From an uncultured Verrucomicrobiota bacterium (lineage in GTDB: Bacteria; Verrucomicrobiota; Verrucomicrobiia; Limisphaerales; UBA1319): a stretch of 64,000 bases of DNA. This document shows positions 46,064 through 54,989 of this stretch, piece after piece. The stretch covers positions 1,105 through 65,104 of the forward strand of contig CAYPCQ010000038.1 in the NCBI GenBank assembly GCA_964409245.1, written 5' to 3'. Position 1 is the first letter of the stretch; every line of letters starts with the position of its first letter. The notes beneath the pieces were generated by a model that was given only the letters and a program-made list of their open reading frames with translations, did not search any database and had not been told where the DNA came from. The translations under genes and the position numbers were made by a program.

Positions 46064-46453
46064 TTAAGAAAGGAAGGCCGGCGCCCGGATGGGCAAAACA
46101 GCCCGGGTGCAAAATTGCCAGGTGTTGGCGAGACCGGGCGGCGCGGCTCCACCCAAAGGAGGCCCAAGCTCGGCCACGGCCGGCGGCAGGAGCAGAAGAT
46201 TGAGGAAAAGGAAGCTCGGAACCGTGGCGGACGGCGGCATCAGGATAGGGTTGTCTTCCACCAGGTAATGCCCGGATTCCACCACGGCACAGCTATCGGT
46301 TTCGCAATCCGAATCCTGGTGGGGGGCCACATCCTGGTGCTGGCAGCAGGCTAAAAAACCGAAACCGGGCAGCGCCTCCAGCAGACAATGGAAAGTCACT
46401 GGAAGCCACATCGCCAGCAGGAGCGCGGCGACCATTTTCACCAACCGGCGCAT
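46064..46453 (-). CDS. Small exported Cys/His-rich protein at the head of the metal-efflux operon (CzcI-like position)
   Basis: Hydrophobic leader, 'CCQH..PH..DCETDSC' and a C-terminal 'RAP' motif. Confidence 0.65.
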   Translation of the reverse strand: MRRLVKMVAALLLAMWLPVTFHCLLEALPGFGFLACCQHQDVAPHQDSDCETDSCAVVESGHYLVEDNPILMPPSATVPSFLFLNLLLLPPAVAELGPPLGGAAPPGLANTWQFCTRAVLPIRAPAFLS

Positions 46454-46555
46454 TTCGGCACCCTACCGCAGCCAGGAAAGAAAGCAACGGCAAAAAATCG
46501 AACGCCCGCATTCGGGGTGTAAGACAGACATCTTGATTTAAGCTGCCAGCGGCCG

Positions 46556-46651
46556 CGAAGCGTGGCGGGCAGCATCTCCTGCGCGACCAACCGCTTCTCC
46601 GCATCCCACGCATAAGACCAAAGCGAATCGCTCGCCAGGTTGCCGTCCGTC
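46556..46651 (-). pseudogene. RHS/YD-repeat protein fragment
   Basis: 'TDGNLASDSLWSYAWDAEKRLVAQE' matches the DGNL...YxWDAENRL RHS core motif. Confidence 0.75.
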
Positions 46652-46950
46652 AAAAGCCCCGAAGGGGCGGAGTAACCCAGCCCAGGGGGAATAGCTGCCC
46701 GGGAGTCAAAGCAAGCGAGTGCGGCCGGGCATGCCGACCAGGCGGGAGGAGGCGGATTCGGATGCCTCGGCGGTACGCCAATTCCGGGTGGCAGGCCATG
46801 GGCGGATTGGGCCTGGTTTGGAATTCGCCAGCGCCAGATCCGCCTCGTTACCTCGGCGGCTACCTGCGTGGGCCTCTCCCATGCAACGGAAATGTTCACT
46901 CACCCAAGATGGGTAGCCGCCGACGTAAGAAGGCGGACCCGGACCATCCG
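46652..46950. repeat. AGCCCC-type REP half joined to a GTAG REPIN-like doublet; second copy of the 7780-8050 element
   Basis: REPs at 46839-46863 and 46913-46937. The flank aligns with 7780 onward. Confidence 0.85.
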
Positions 46951-47156
46951 CGTGGCGTCTCCCCAACCATAGGGAAGTGATTGGCCATCAGGCAATCGGC
47001 ATTTACGCGTCCATCGGTCTGGGCGCACGCCTCGACCAAGGTGTCCAGAAACCGGCGCCGGTCTTGGTCATCCCTGAAAATGTCCTCGCGATGGTCTCCC
47101 CTATTCATCGCGTGATAAATCGCTGCCGGATACTCGGTGCGTAATTTGCGTGCCAG
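46950..47156 (-). mobile_element. RAYT / IS200-like Y1 (HUH) transposase N-terminal fragment, decayed
   Basis: 'ARKLRTEYPAAIYHAMNRGDHREDIFRDDQDRRRFL...CLMANHFPMVGETP'. The HUH second His and the start codon appear lost, and the gene is cut off at the REPIN. Confidence 0.85.
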
Positions 47157-47467
47157 GTGCAAACCGTATGCTGCGCGCCCTATTTGCCAATACCCGGCAT
47201 GGTCTGGCCCCTTTTTCGGCGTTTTTCAAGCCAGGCAGATCCCCTCTCGACACGCGGTGAAAAAGGTGGCGGCACGGTCACGATTTCGGTTCAGGCAAGA
47301 TTCGCCAGGAAATCTTCGGGGTGGAGGATCGCATCCCTGGCCCAGCGCGGCCAGCAAGTGGCGGCCATTGGTGGAAAAATGCAGCCGAGCATAAATACCC
47401 AGCCCCTCTTCGCCGTCCGCTGGCATCCAGGTTGATTTTATGGCCGTATAGCTGTATTTATTGCTTT

Positions 47468-47692
47468 ATGAAGACAACGATTGATCTTCCAGATGATGTC
47501 CTTCACCGCGCCAAGATTGTGGCCGCCCAACGCCGGACCACTCTCAAAGAGTTATTCCTCGCGGGTCTCGAATTGGTGATGAAGCTTGATACCGATGCTC
47601 CCGCCCGCCAGGCTGCCCTCGCCCGGCTTCGTCAGGGATTGCCTTTGGGTGGCCAGCCATTAACCCGTGAGCAAGCGCATGAACGCCGCTAA
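47468..47692 (+). CDS. RHH-type antitoxin (VapB-like)
   Basis: 'MKTTIDLPDDVLHRAKIVAAQRRTTLKEL...LTREQAHER'; overlaps the PIN gene. Confidence 0.85.
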   Translation: MKTTIDLPDDVLHRAKIVAAQRRTTLKELFLAGLELVMKLDTDAPARQAALARLRQGLPLGGQPLTREQAHERR

Positions 47693-48092
47693 ATTCCTGG
47701 ACACCAATATCCTCCTTTACGCTTACGATCAGGATGCGCCCGCCAAGCGGGAAGTGGCGTTGCGACTGGCCGAGCAGGGGTGGGCTTGCCCGGGGAGCCT
47801 GGCCATCAGTGTCCATGTGCTTCAGGAAATGCATGCAAATCTGGTCAAGCGCGGCGTTGCCCAGGCCGATGCCGCCCAGATTGTTCGTGATTTTTCCCAG
47901 TGGCCCGTGGTGGATAACTCGCTTGAGTTGCTGCTCTCCGCCCTGAACGAGCAAGCCCGCTGGCAAATCTCCCTCTGGGACGCTTTGATCCTGGCCGCCG
48001 CCCGGGCTTCAGGCGCTCCCGATCTCATCTCTGAAGATTTCGCGCATGGCCGGGATTACGGCGGCATCCGTGCTGTCAATCCCTTTCGCTAA
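47679..48092 (+). CDS. vapC: PIN-domain toxin (VapC family), apparently intact
   Basis: FLDTNILLYA, VLQE, WDALI, SEDF, NPF. Confidence 0.92.
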   Translation: MNAAKFLDTNILLYAYDQDAPAKREVALRLAEQGWACPGSLAISVHVLQEMHANLVKRGVAQADAAQIVRDFSQWPVVDNSLELLLSALNEQARWQISLWDALILAAARASGAPDLISEDFAHGRDYGGIRAVNPFR

Positions 48093-48101
48093 CCCGCCTT
48101 T

Positions 48102-48194
48102 ATGCCAGACACAACGAATCCAGTGCCGCCGCCGCCCAACTTTGAAAAGTTGAAGGCCAGGACCCGCGAGCTGTTCAAACTCGATAAGGCCGAT
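48102..48194 (+). pseudogene. Possible N-terminal stump of a type III R-M methyltransferase (Mod)
   Basis: ATG 10 bp after vapC gives 'MPDTTNPVPPPPNFEKLKARTRELFKLDKAD', resembling the recalled Mod N-terminus 'xxKLxxxLxELFQLDxADLDFGIY'. Confidence 0.45.
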
Positions 48195-48292
48195 GGAGGC
48201 ATCCATGGGTGCAAGCGCATGGCGCCCGCATTTTTAATTGTATAGGGCGCTGCTTTTTGCTCGAACCGGCTTCGGATAACCTTTGAACCCAG

Positions 48293-48421
48293 ATGAAAGT
48301 CGTCCAGCAATTTATAACGAACACGTCCACCAGCCCCGGCACATTGGGTGAGCTGGGGACGGAGTTCGGCTTAAAGGCCGGCGGCAGCGGCGCCCATACG
48401 GCTCGGACAATGATGCTAGCC
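48293..48421 (+). pseudogene. Possible N-terminal stump of a BREX BrxA-like gene
   Basis: 'EFGLKAGGSGAHTARTMMLA' resembles the recalled 'FGFxxGxGGAHxxRTMMLxEL' motif of genes heading BREX loci. Confidence 0.4.
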
Positions 48422-48498
48422 GGCCCCTCCACGCGGCTTGTGCCGGGCCAATACAGCGGTGGCCCGTGTCGCCGCCAACTCTGACCCGGAGGGGGCAC

Positions 48499-48973
48499 AA
48501 TGAGTTTTCGCAAGGATGTGGAGGCGACACCACTGCTCGAAGGTAAATGGTGTCCTGGAATTCAAGCTCTACGTGCTGAGGACAAGCCACACATCGCGCC
48601 GGATGCCCCCGGCATCCTGGTCCCCGGAAGCGTTTATGTGGATGTGGCGTGCCAAGAGGCAGAGCCAAACGCCAACCGCTGGGGCTACGCCATCGCCTGC
48701 CAGCACACCGATCGTAAAGCGGAAGTCATTTATTGGGTCGAAATCCACACTGCCGGCGATAAGGAACTAAAGAAAGTCCTGAAGAAGCTCACTTGGCTTC
48801 GGGGCTGGCTGAGCGGTAAAGGAGCCCTTTTGAAAAGCTATGAACGGGAGTTTGTCTGGATTGCCAGCGGCGCGACGTCATTTACAGATTTTTCAACCCA
48901 AAAGAAGCAGTTGATTGATGCCGGTTTGACCTTTGTTGGCCGCCGTTTCCACATCCGGAAGAAACGCGGTTAA
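48499..48973 (+). CDS. Uncharacterised ~157 aa protein, possibly with a PD-(D/E)xK-like fold
   Basis: 'GSVYVD...EPNANRWGY...WVEIH...VLKKLTWLRGWL...FVWIASG'. The ATG is at 48499-48501 (the ORF track gives 48500) and overlaps an upstream TGA. Confidence 0.65.
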
Positions 48974-49096
48974 ATTGCCATGTCCACCCACTTTGCCATA
49001 TTAGGGGTGGGGCAAAAACACGCTGGCTGGCACGCATCATGCTGTGCCGGCCCCTTTTCTGCCCTGCTGCTCGGGGGACAATCCGGGAGCCGGAGG

Positions 49097-49193
49097 CAGG
49101 CAATGGGAGCCGCCCGGCCGGCTATTTTGGGGGGGAAGAGCCTGGGCTCTTCGCCAATTACCCCGATCAGACGGGGACTTGGGCACACTTTCC
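49097..49193 (+). repeat. Degenerate copy of the TCCCGATC-A-GATCGGGA intergenic repeat
   Basis: CAGGCAATGGGA...TTCGCCA..ACCCCGATCAGACGGGGAC..GCACACTT is colinear with 52999-53093. Confidence 0.55.
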
Positions 49194-49282
49194 CACCGGT
49201 CATCGGTGGATTCTCCCGCCGCGCGACCGCCCGCCTAAAACGCGTTAATGACTTTGGCGGCGGCAGCCATTAGAACATCCAT

Positions 49283-51577
49283 GTGTCAGGAATCTTATTC
49301 TTACGTGATTTTGCCATTGTCATGACGGTCGCCGGCCTGGCGGCCTGGTTGTGCCAGCGCTGGGGGTTGTCGGCCATCGTGGGTTACCTGGGGGCCGGCA
49401 TGCTGGTGGGGCCCTTTGCGCCCCCTTTTGCCCTGGTGAAGGATCTGGACCGGGTGGAAGCCCTGGCGCAGCTGGGGCTGGTGCTGGTGATTTTCTTCAT
49501 TGGCTTGAGCCTGAACCTGAACCGGCTGAAGCGGCTCGGTTTTTCGCTGGTGGCGGCTGCGGCCGTATCCGCCCTCCTCATTCTCAACAGCTGCCGTCTG
49601 ATCGGCTGGGCGCTGGGCTGGAGCCCGCTGGCCAGCCTGTTCCTGGCGGGAATGCTGATGGTTTCCAGCTCGGCGATCATCGCCAAGGCCCTGGAGGAAC
49701 AGCGGCTCAGCTACGAGCGTTTCGGGCAGCTCGCGCTGGGGATGACCATCATGGAAGATGTGGTGGCCGTGGCCATGATGGCCGCCTTGACCTCGATGAT
49801 CAAGCTGGGGGGAGGGAGCCAGCCACCGCCGGTGCTGGCCACCCTGGGTGCGGTGGCGGCCTTCGTGATCCTGATCGGCCTGGTGGCGCTCCTGCTGGCG
49901 CCCCGGCTGCTGCTGCGTTTGAACCGGAAAACCCAGCCCGAGATCCGCACCCTGGTGATCAGCGGCATGCTGCTTTCATTGGCGAGCGTGGCCATCCAGC
50001 TCGGCTATTCACTGGCGTTGGGCGCCTTTATTTTCGGAACCATCCTGGGCAGCACCCAATATAAAGCGGACATCGAACGGGCGTTCGCCGGCGTCCGCCA
50101 TATTTTTGGGGCCGTTTTTTTCGTGGCGGTGGGCATGCAGGTGGATGTGAATCTCTTGCTCAAGTCCTGGCCGGTCGTTTTGAGCGTGACCGGCCTGGCG
50201 TTCACCCTGCGGCCGCTGGCCTGCAGCCTCGGGTTCCTGGCGGCCGGCCACCCCAGCCGGGAAGCCGTCCAGGCCGGCCTGACCCTCACCCCGCTGGGCG
50301 AATTTTCCTTCATTATCGCCCAACTGGGCATGAGCCACGGGGTGGTGCCCGAATCCACCTACGCGGTCGCCGTGGGCGCTTCGTTGCTGACCGCGCTGGG
50401 CGCCCCTTGGCTCACCCGCCGGGCCGGATCCTTGAGCCAGCACATCATCGGCCACACACCCCGCCTTTTCCAAAAATGGCTGAGCTATTATCACAACGGA
50501 TTGACGCATGTGCGCTCCCTCTATTCCGCCAGCATCATCTGGCGATTGATCAAAGGGCGGCTGGCCATGTCCCTGCTGCAGCTGTCGTTCGTGTCGGCGA
50601 TGCTGGTCTTCGCCACTCCGCTGTATCAGAAAATCCGGGTGGAGACCCATCTTTCCAAGCTGTTCCCCAATGGCTTTCCCTTTGTTTATTGGGGCACGCT
50701 GGGCCTGGTGGCCATCACCCCACTGGTGGCATTTTGGCGCAATGTTTCGGCTTTGGTGAAGATTTTCGCCGAAAGCGCCACCCATGGGGTTGCCCGGCAG
50801 CCCATCCTGCAGCCGTTGCTGGAATATGCCATGCAGACCGTGGCCGGGGTGGTGCTGGTGTCCTGGCTGCTGACCTTGCTGCCAGCCCGCTGGTCGTTGA
50901 TCGGAGTGGCGGGCGCGGTCATCCTGCTGCTGATCCTGGTGACGTGGTTTTTCCGGCAGCGCCTGGAGCAAATGCACACGCGGCTGGAGCTGGAGCTGCT
51001 GGAGCAATTGAAGCTGGCCAGCTCCGCCACCGCCACCTCCGCCTGGTCCTCCACCCTGCAGGAACACACCAACGACTGGGCCTTGGACATCATCGAGGTG
51101 GTGCTGCCCAATGAGACTGTGCTCGGCGGCAAAACCATCCGGGAAGCCGCTTTGCGCCAGCACTGCGGCTGTTCTTTGATCGGCATCGACCGCCAGGGCT
51201 TCGGGCTGATCAATCCCGCCGCGGAGATGGTGCTGTATCCCCGCGACAAGCTCCTGTTGCTGGGCACGGTGGAACAACTGGCGAAGGCGGTTAAAATCCT
51301 CGGCCAGGCGGCGCCGGAACCCGAGCAAATGTGCTTCGACGATTTGACCATGGGCACGGTGCTGGTGCCCGAAAACAGCCTCCTGTTGGACCAGCCGCTG
51401 TTGGAGCTGGACTTGATCCACAAGCTGCGCATCCAGATCGGGGCCATCCGGCGCCAGGGGGAGATGAATACCATCCCCAACGGCCAAACCCGCCTGCATG
51501 GGGGCGACCAGCTTTTGGTGCTCGGCACCCATGCCCAAATCAAAGCCTTTCGGCAGTTGCTGGCGGGCAAGCACTGA
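49283..51577 (+). CDS. CPA2 cation:proton antiporter with extra TM segments and two C-terminal TrkA-C (RCK_C) domains
   Basis: IVGYLGAG, SSSAII, MEDVVAV, YSLALGAF, FFVAVGM, GEFSFIIA, plus 'GKTIRE...IGIDR...NP...DKLLLLG' and a second similar domain. Confidence 0.92.
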   Translation: MSGILFLRDFAIVMTVAGLAAWLCQRWGLSAIVGYLGAGMLVGPFAPPFALVKDLDRVEALAQLGLVLVIFFIGLSLNLNRLKRLGFSLVAAAAVSALLILNSCRLIGWALGWSPLASLFLAGMLMVSSSAIIAKALEEQRLSYERFGQLALGMTIMEDVVAVAMMAALTSMIKLGGGSQPPPVLATLGAVAAFVILIGLVALLLAPRLLLRLNRKTQPEIRTLVISGMLLSLASVAIQLGYSLALGAFIFGTILGSTQYKADIERAFAGVRHIFGAVFFVAVGMQVDVNLLLKSWPVVLSVTGLAFTLRPLACSLGFLAAGHPSREAVQAGLTLTPLGEFSFIIAQLGMSHGVVPESTYAVAVGASLLTALGAPWLTRRAGSLSQHIIGHTPRLFQKWLSYYHNGLTHVRSLYSASIIWRLIKGRLAMSLLQLSFVSAMLVFATPLYQKIRVETHLSKLFPNGFPFVYWGTLGLVAITPLVAFWRNVSALVKIFAESATHGVARQPILQPLLEYAMQTVAGVVLVSWLLTLLPARWSLIGVAGAVILLLILVTWFFRQRLEQMHTRLELELLEQLKLASSATATSAWSSTLQEHTNDWALDIIEVVLPNETVLGGKTIREAALRQHCGCSLIGIDRQGFGLINPAAEMVLYPRDKLLLLGTVEQLAKAVKILGQAAPEPEQMCFDDLTMGTVLVPENSLLLDQPLLELDLIHKLRIQIGAIRRQGEMNTIPNGQTRLHGGDQLLVLGTHAQIKAFRQLLAGKH

Positions 51578-51680
51578 GCGGTGCGGGAACCCGTTCCGCG
51601 GAGAATCCATGGCTGGCCGGTTGGCATGGGCTTCTGAAAGAGGGCTTGTTTATTAAGCCGCAGGCCGTACTGTGCTGCCA

Positions 51681-52490
51681 GTGAAGATTCTATTTATCGG
51701 GGACATTGTGGGGGAGCCAGGGCGGCGGGCGGTGAAACAGTTGGTTCCCCATCTGCGCAAGCAATATGATTTGGACATCGTTGTGGCCAACGGTGAGAAT
51801 GCCGCCGGCGGGTCAGGCATCACCGGCAATACGGCGGCGGATATTTTCTCCGCCGGAGTGAATATCATCACCACCGGCGACCATGTGTGGGATCAAAAAG
51901 AGTCCAACACCCTGCTGGGCCAGGATTCGCGCCTTTTGCGCCCGATCAACTACCCGCCGGGCACCATTGGGCACGGCAGCGCCTTGGTGGAGATGCCTTT
52001 CAAGCCCGCGCTGGCGGTCATCAATCTCCAGGGCCGGGTTTTCATGCCCGACCTGGAAAATCCCTTTGTGAGCATCGACGTGGAAGTGAACCGCTTGCGG
52101 GCCAAAACACGCCTGATTTTGGTCGATATCCACGCTGAAGCCACCTCGGAAAAAATCGCCCTCGGCCGGTTCCTGGATGGCCGGGTGAGCGCCGTGATCG
52201 GCACCCACACCCATGTGCAAACCGCCGATGAACAGATTTTCCCTGGCGGCACCGCTTTTCTCTCGGACGCGGGCTTCACCGGCCCTCACGAAAGTGTGCT
52301 TGGCCGCGAAATCGAACCGGTGATCAGGAAATTCATGACCTGCCAGCCGCAGCGTTTTCCGGTCGCCACCGGTCGCGTTTTGCTGCAAGGCGCCATCGTC
52401 ACCATCCAGGAAGACACGGGGCGGGCCACGCACATCCAAAGGATCTCCGAACCGCTGCCGCACCTGGCCACCGGCCCCACCGGCGGATAA
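51681..52490 (+). CDS. ymdB: YmdB/TIGR00282 metallophosphoesterase
   Basis: ILFIGDIVGEPG, NGENAAGG, TTGDH, DIHAEATSEK, GTHTHVQTAD. Confidence 0.95.
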   Translation: MKILFIGDIVGEPGRRAVKQLVPHLRKQYDLDIVVANGENAAGGSGITGNTAADIFSAGVNIITTGDHVWDQKESNTLLGQDSRLLRPINYPPGTIGHGSALVEMPFKPALAVINLQGRVFMPDLENPFVSIDVEVNRLRAKTRLILVDIHAEATSEKIALGRFLDGRVSAVIGTHTHVQTADEQIFPGGTAFLSDAGFTGPHESVLGREIEPVIRKFMTCQPQRFPVATGRVLLQGAIVTIQEDTGRATHIQRISEPLPHLATGPTGG

Positions 52491-52536
52491 GGAAGAGGGC
52501 GCGGTGCCGCGCGGCAGCCGGGTCCAGGCAATTGGC

Positions 52537-52974
52537 TCAGGGTTCCAAGGCTTTTTGGACGGCGGCTTCCAATTCGCGCATCGGGAATGGCTTCCAAATC
52601 ACCGGTACATCGACCTGGCGGATAAACTCCTGCCAATAGGGGTCCGCCCGATGGCCGCTCATGAACACGAAGCGTTTGCACAAGTGCGGTTTGGCCCGCT
52701 CCACCCCTTTGTAGAAAAGATCCCCGGGCAGGTCCGGCATCACCAGGTCGCTCAAAATGACGTCGAAATCCTGGGCGACGACTCTCCGCATGCCTTCCAC
52801 GCCGCTGGTCACGCAGGTGACTTTAAAGTTTTTTGATTCCAGGAACATTTTAAGCAAGGCCGCAAAATCCACCTCATCCTCCAACATGAGGACGTGCTTC
52901 CTTTGGGGAGGCGGTTGCTCACAAGGAGAACTATTGGCCTTCGGTTCCTGGTCTGCCATTTCCTGTTTGTTCAT
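52537..52974 (-). CDS. Stand-alone response regulator receiver domain
   Basis: LEDE, 'ILSDLVMPDLPG', FMSG, KPF. Confidence 0.9.
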   Translation of the reverse strand: MNKQEMADQEPKANSSPCEQPPPQRKHVLMLEDEVDFAALLKMFLESKNFKVTCVTSGVEGMRRVVAQDFDVILSDLVMPDLPGDLFYKGVERAKPHLCKRFVFMSGHRADPYWQEFIRQVDVPVIWKPFPMRELEAAVQKALEP

Positions 52975-52998
52975 AGCCTTTGCTCATTTAGCCGGGTT

Positions 52999-53121
52999 CA
53001 GGCAGTTGGATCAGTCGTGCGGGCTGGATCTTTTTGGGCCAGACACTCGACATTCGCCACTGATCCCGATCAGATCGGGACGGCTCACTTCCCGTCTTGC
53101 GCAATAATCTGCGGCGCAATC
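52999..53121 (+). repeat. ~123 bp intergenic repeat with a palindromic core (inverted copy at 61285-61408)
   Basis: TCCCGATC-A-GATCGGGA at 53064-53080, followed by CGGCTCACTTC...CTTGCGCAA.AATCTGCGGCGCAATC. Confidence 0.85.
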
Positions 53122-53468
53122 ACCTTTATCCCAACTGCGTGGAAACGGCTTGGCGTTTTGGACGCCGATTGCCGTGCATTATGCGCCAGCCTTGGCGCTA
53201 ACACAATCACAGACTCACCCCCGCGGCGATCGGCATCAGGGTCATGGTCATAAAAACATCCACCCCTTACAATAGCATTCGCGAGCGGGCCATGCAGTGG
53301 GATTTTTGCACCGGACCATTTGCACCCCTGATCGCGGGCATAATTAACCGTGCTCCTTCCTTGGTGGGGGGGGATTCCGCTGGCCGCCAGGCGCATTTGA
53401 ATCCTGGCAGCGGGGAGAGGAGCGGTTAGCCATTGCAAATTTTTTTGATCACGCCATTTTGTGGGCAC

Positions 53469-54986
53469 ATGAAAACGCGACTGGTGCGGCTGATTTTACA
53501 GCCTTTTGGCAAAACCGTGGAGGTGCCCGAGGGCACGCCGCTGCAGGAAGTGCTCTTTGCCCACGGCGTGGAGTTCCCCTGCGGCGGCAAAGGCCGCTGC
53601 CGCGGCTGCCGGGTGAAGGTGCTGGCGGGCGATCTGCCCCTCACGTCCGCCCAGCGGGATCGTTTGTCGGCGGCGGAGCAGGCGGCGGGCTGGCGCATGG
53701 CCTGCCAGGGCCAGGCGGCGGATGGGCTGGTGCTGGAACTGGCCCAGTGGGAGGCCTCCATCCTCACGGACCATTCGCAGTTTGAGTTCACCCCCCGGCC
53801 CGGTTTGGGGGTGGCGGTGGATTTGGGCACCACCACCCTGGTGGCGCAGTTGCTGGATCTGCAGACCGCCAGCGTGCTCGCCGTGGCCACCGCCCTTAAT
53901 TCGCAGGCGCAATTCGGCGCCGATATTATGAGCCGCGTGCAATATGCCCTGACCCCGGAAGGCCGGGACCGGCTGCGGCAGATGATCCGGGACCAGCTCG
54001 GCGGCATGATCCAGGATTTGCTGGCCGGCAGCGGGCGGGCGGGAACCCCGGTCGATACGGTGGTGCTGGCTGGCAATACCGTCATGCACCACCTGTTCTG
54101 CGGACTGGATCCGGAACCGCTGTCCCGCTACCCCTTTGAGCCGGCCGAGCTGGACCGCCAGGTGTTCACGGACACCGCGCTGGGTTGGTCCCTGGGCGGG
54201 CAAACCAGCGTGCAGTTCCTGCCCTGCCTCGGCGGTTTTGTGGGGAGCGACATCCTGGCGGGCATCCTGGCCTGCGGCCAGGCGCAAAGCAGCGACCTGA
54301 CGGTGCTGCTGGACTTGGGCACCAACGGCGAGGTGGTGGTGGGCAACCGGGACCGCCTGTTTTGCGCCTCCACGGCCGCCGGGCCGGCCTTTGAGGGCGC
54401 CCGCATTTCCATGGGGATGCGGGCCGCCACCGGCGCCATCTCGGAAGTGACAGTGGCCGGGGGCGCCTATCAATGCAAGGTTCTGGGGCAAACCGAGCCC
54501 CGCGGCCTCTGCGGCAGCGGCTTGGTGGATGCCGTGGCGGCCGGCCTGGAATTGGGCGACATCCTGCCCAGCGGCCGGCTGGCCAAAAAGACGGAGCCAA
54601 TCCGGCTGGCCCCCCCGGTTTGCGTGACCCAGGCGGACATCCGTGAGCTGCAGCTGGCCAAAGGCGCCATCGCCGCCGGCCTCCGCATGCTGCTGGATCA
54701 ATGGGGCGCCAAAAGCTCGGAGGTGGCGCGCGTTTACCTGGCGGGCGCCTTCGGCAACTACATCAACCGGCACAGCGCCCGGCGCATCGGCTTGTTCGAC
54801 TTTGCTCCCGACCAGGTGGAGCCCTCCGGCAATACCGCTTTGCTCGGCGCCAAAATGGCGCTCTTCCCCCGCCCTCCCGAAAATGGCGATTACCTCGATC
54901 TCCGCCGCCGGGTCAGCCACCTTTCCCTCAGCGCGGATCCGCAGTTCCAGGACATCTACGCCGAGGCCATGGGATTTGATTCCTGA
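53469..54986 (+). CDS. RACo/RamA-like ASKHA ATPase with an N-terminal 2Fe-2S domain (DUF4445; reductive activator of corrinoid proteins)
   Basis: CGGKGRCRGC...RMAC, DLGTTT, GADIMSR, GGFVGSD, DLGTNGE, STAAGPAFEG, GLCGSG, QADIRELQLAKGA, LAGAFG. Confidence 0.92.
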   Translation: MKTRLVRLILQPFGKTVEVPEGTPLQEVLFAHGVEFPCGGKGRCRGCRVKVLAGDLPLTSAQRDRLSAAEQAAGWRMACQGQAADGLVLELAQWEASILTDHSQFEFTPRPGLGVAVDLGTTTLVAQLLDLQTASVLAVATALNSQAQFGADIMSRVQYALTPEGRDRLRQMIRDQLGGMIQDLLAGSGRAGTPVDTVVLAGNTVMHHLFCGLDPEPLSRYPFEPAELDRQVFTDTALGWSLGGQTSVQFLPCLGGFVGSDILAGILACGQAQSSDLTVLLDLGTNGEVVVGNRDRLFCASTAAGPAFEGARISMGMRAATGAISEVTVAGGAYQCKVLGQTEPRGLCGSGLVDAVAAGLELGDILPSGRLAKKTEPIRLAPPVCVTQADIRELQLAKGAIAAGLRMLLDQWGAKSSEVARVYLAGAFGNYINRHSARRIGLFDFAPDQVEPSGNTALLGAKMALFPRPPENGDYLDLRRRVSHLSLSADPQFQDIYAEAMGFDS

Positions 54987-54989
54987 GGG

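Noticed and set aside
47320-47430. Third copy of the 214 bp repeat upstream of vapBC
   Set aside because: Only short patches (GGATCGC..C.CTGGCCC; GAAAA.GCAG) are similar. That is too weak to call without an alignment.
53120-53460. Cobalamin riboswitch upstream of the RACo gene
   Set aside because: I found no B12-box or GCCCCCGC/ACTGT core on the coding strand. An Rfam scan would be needed.
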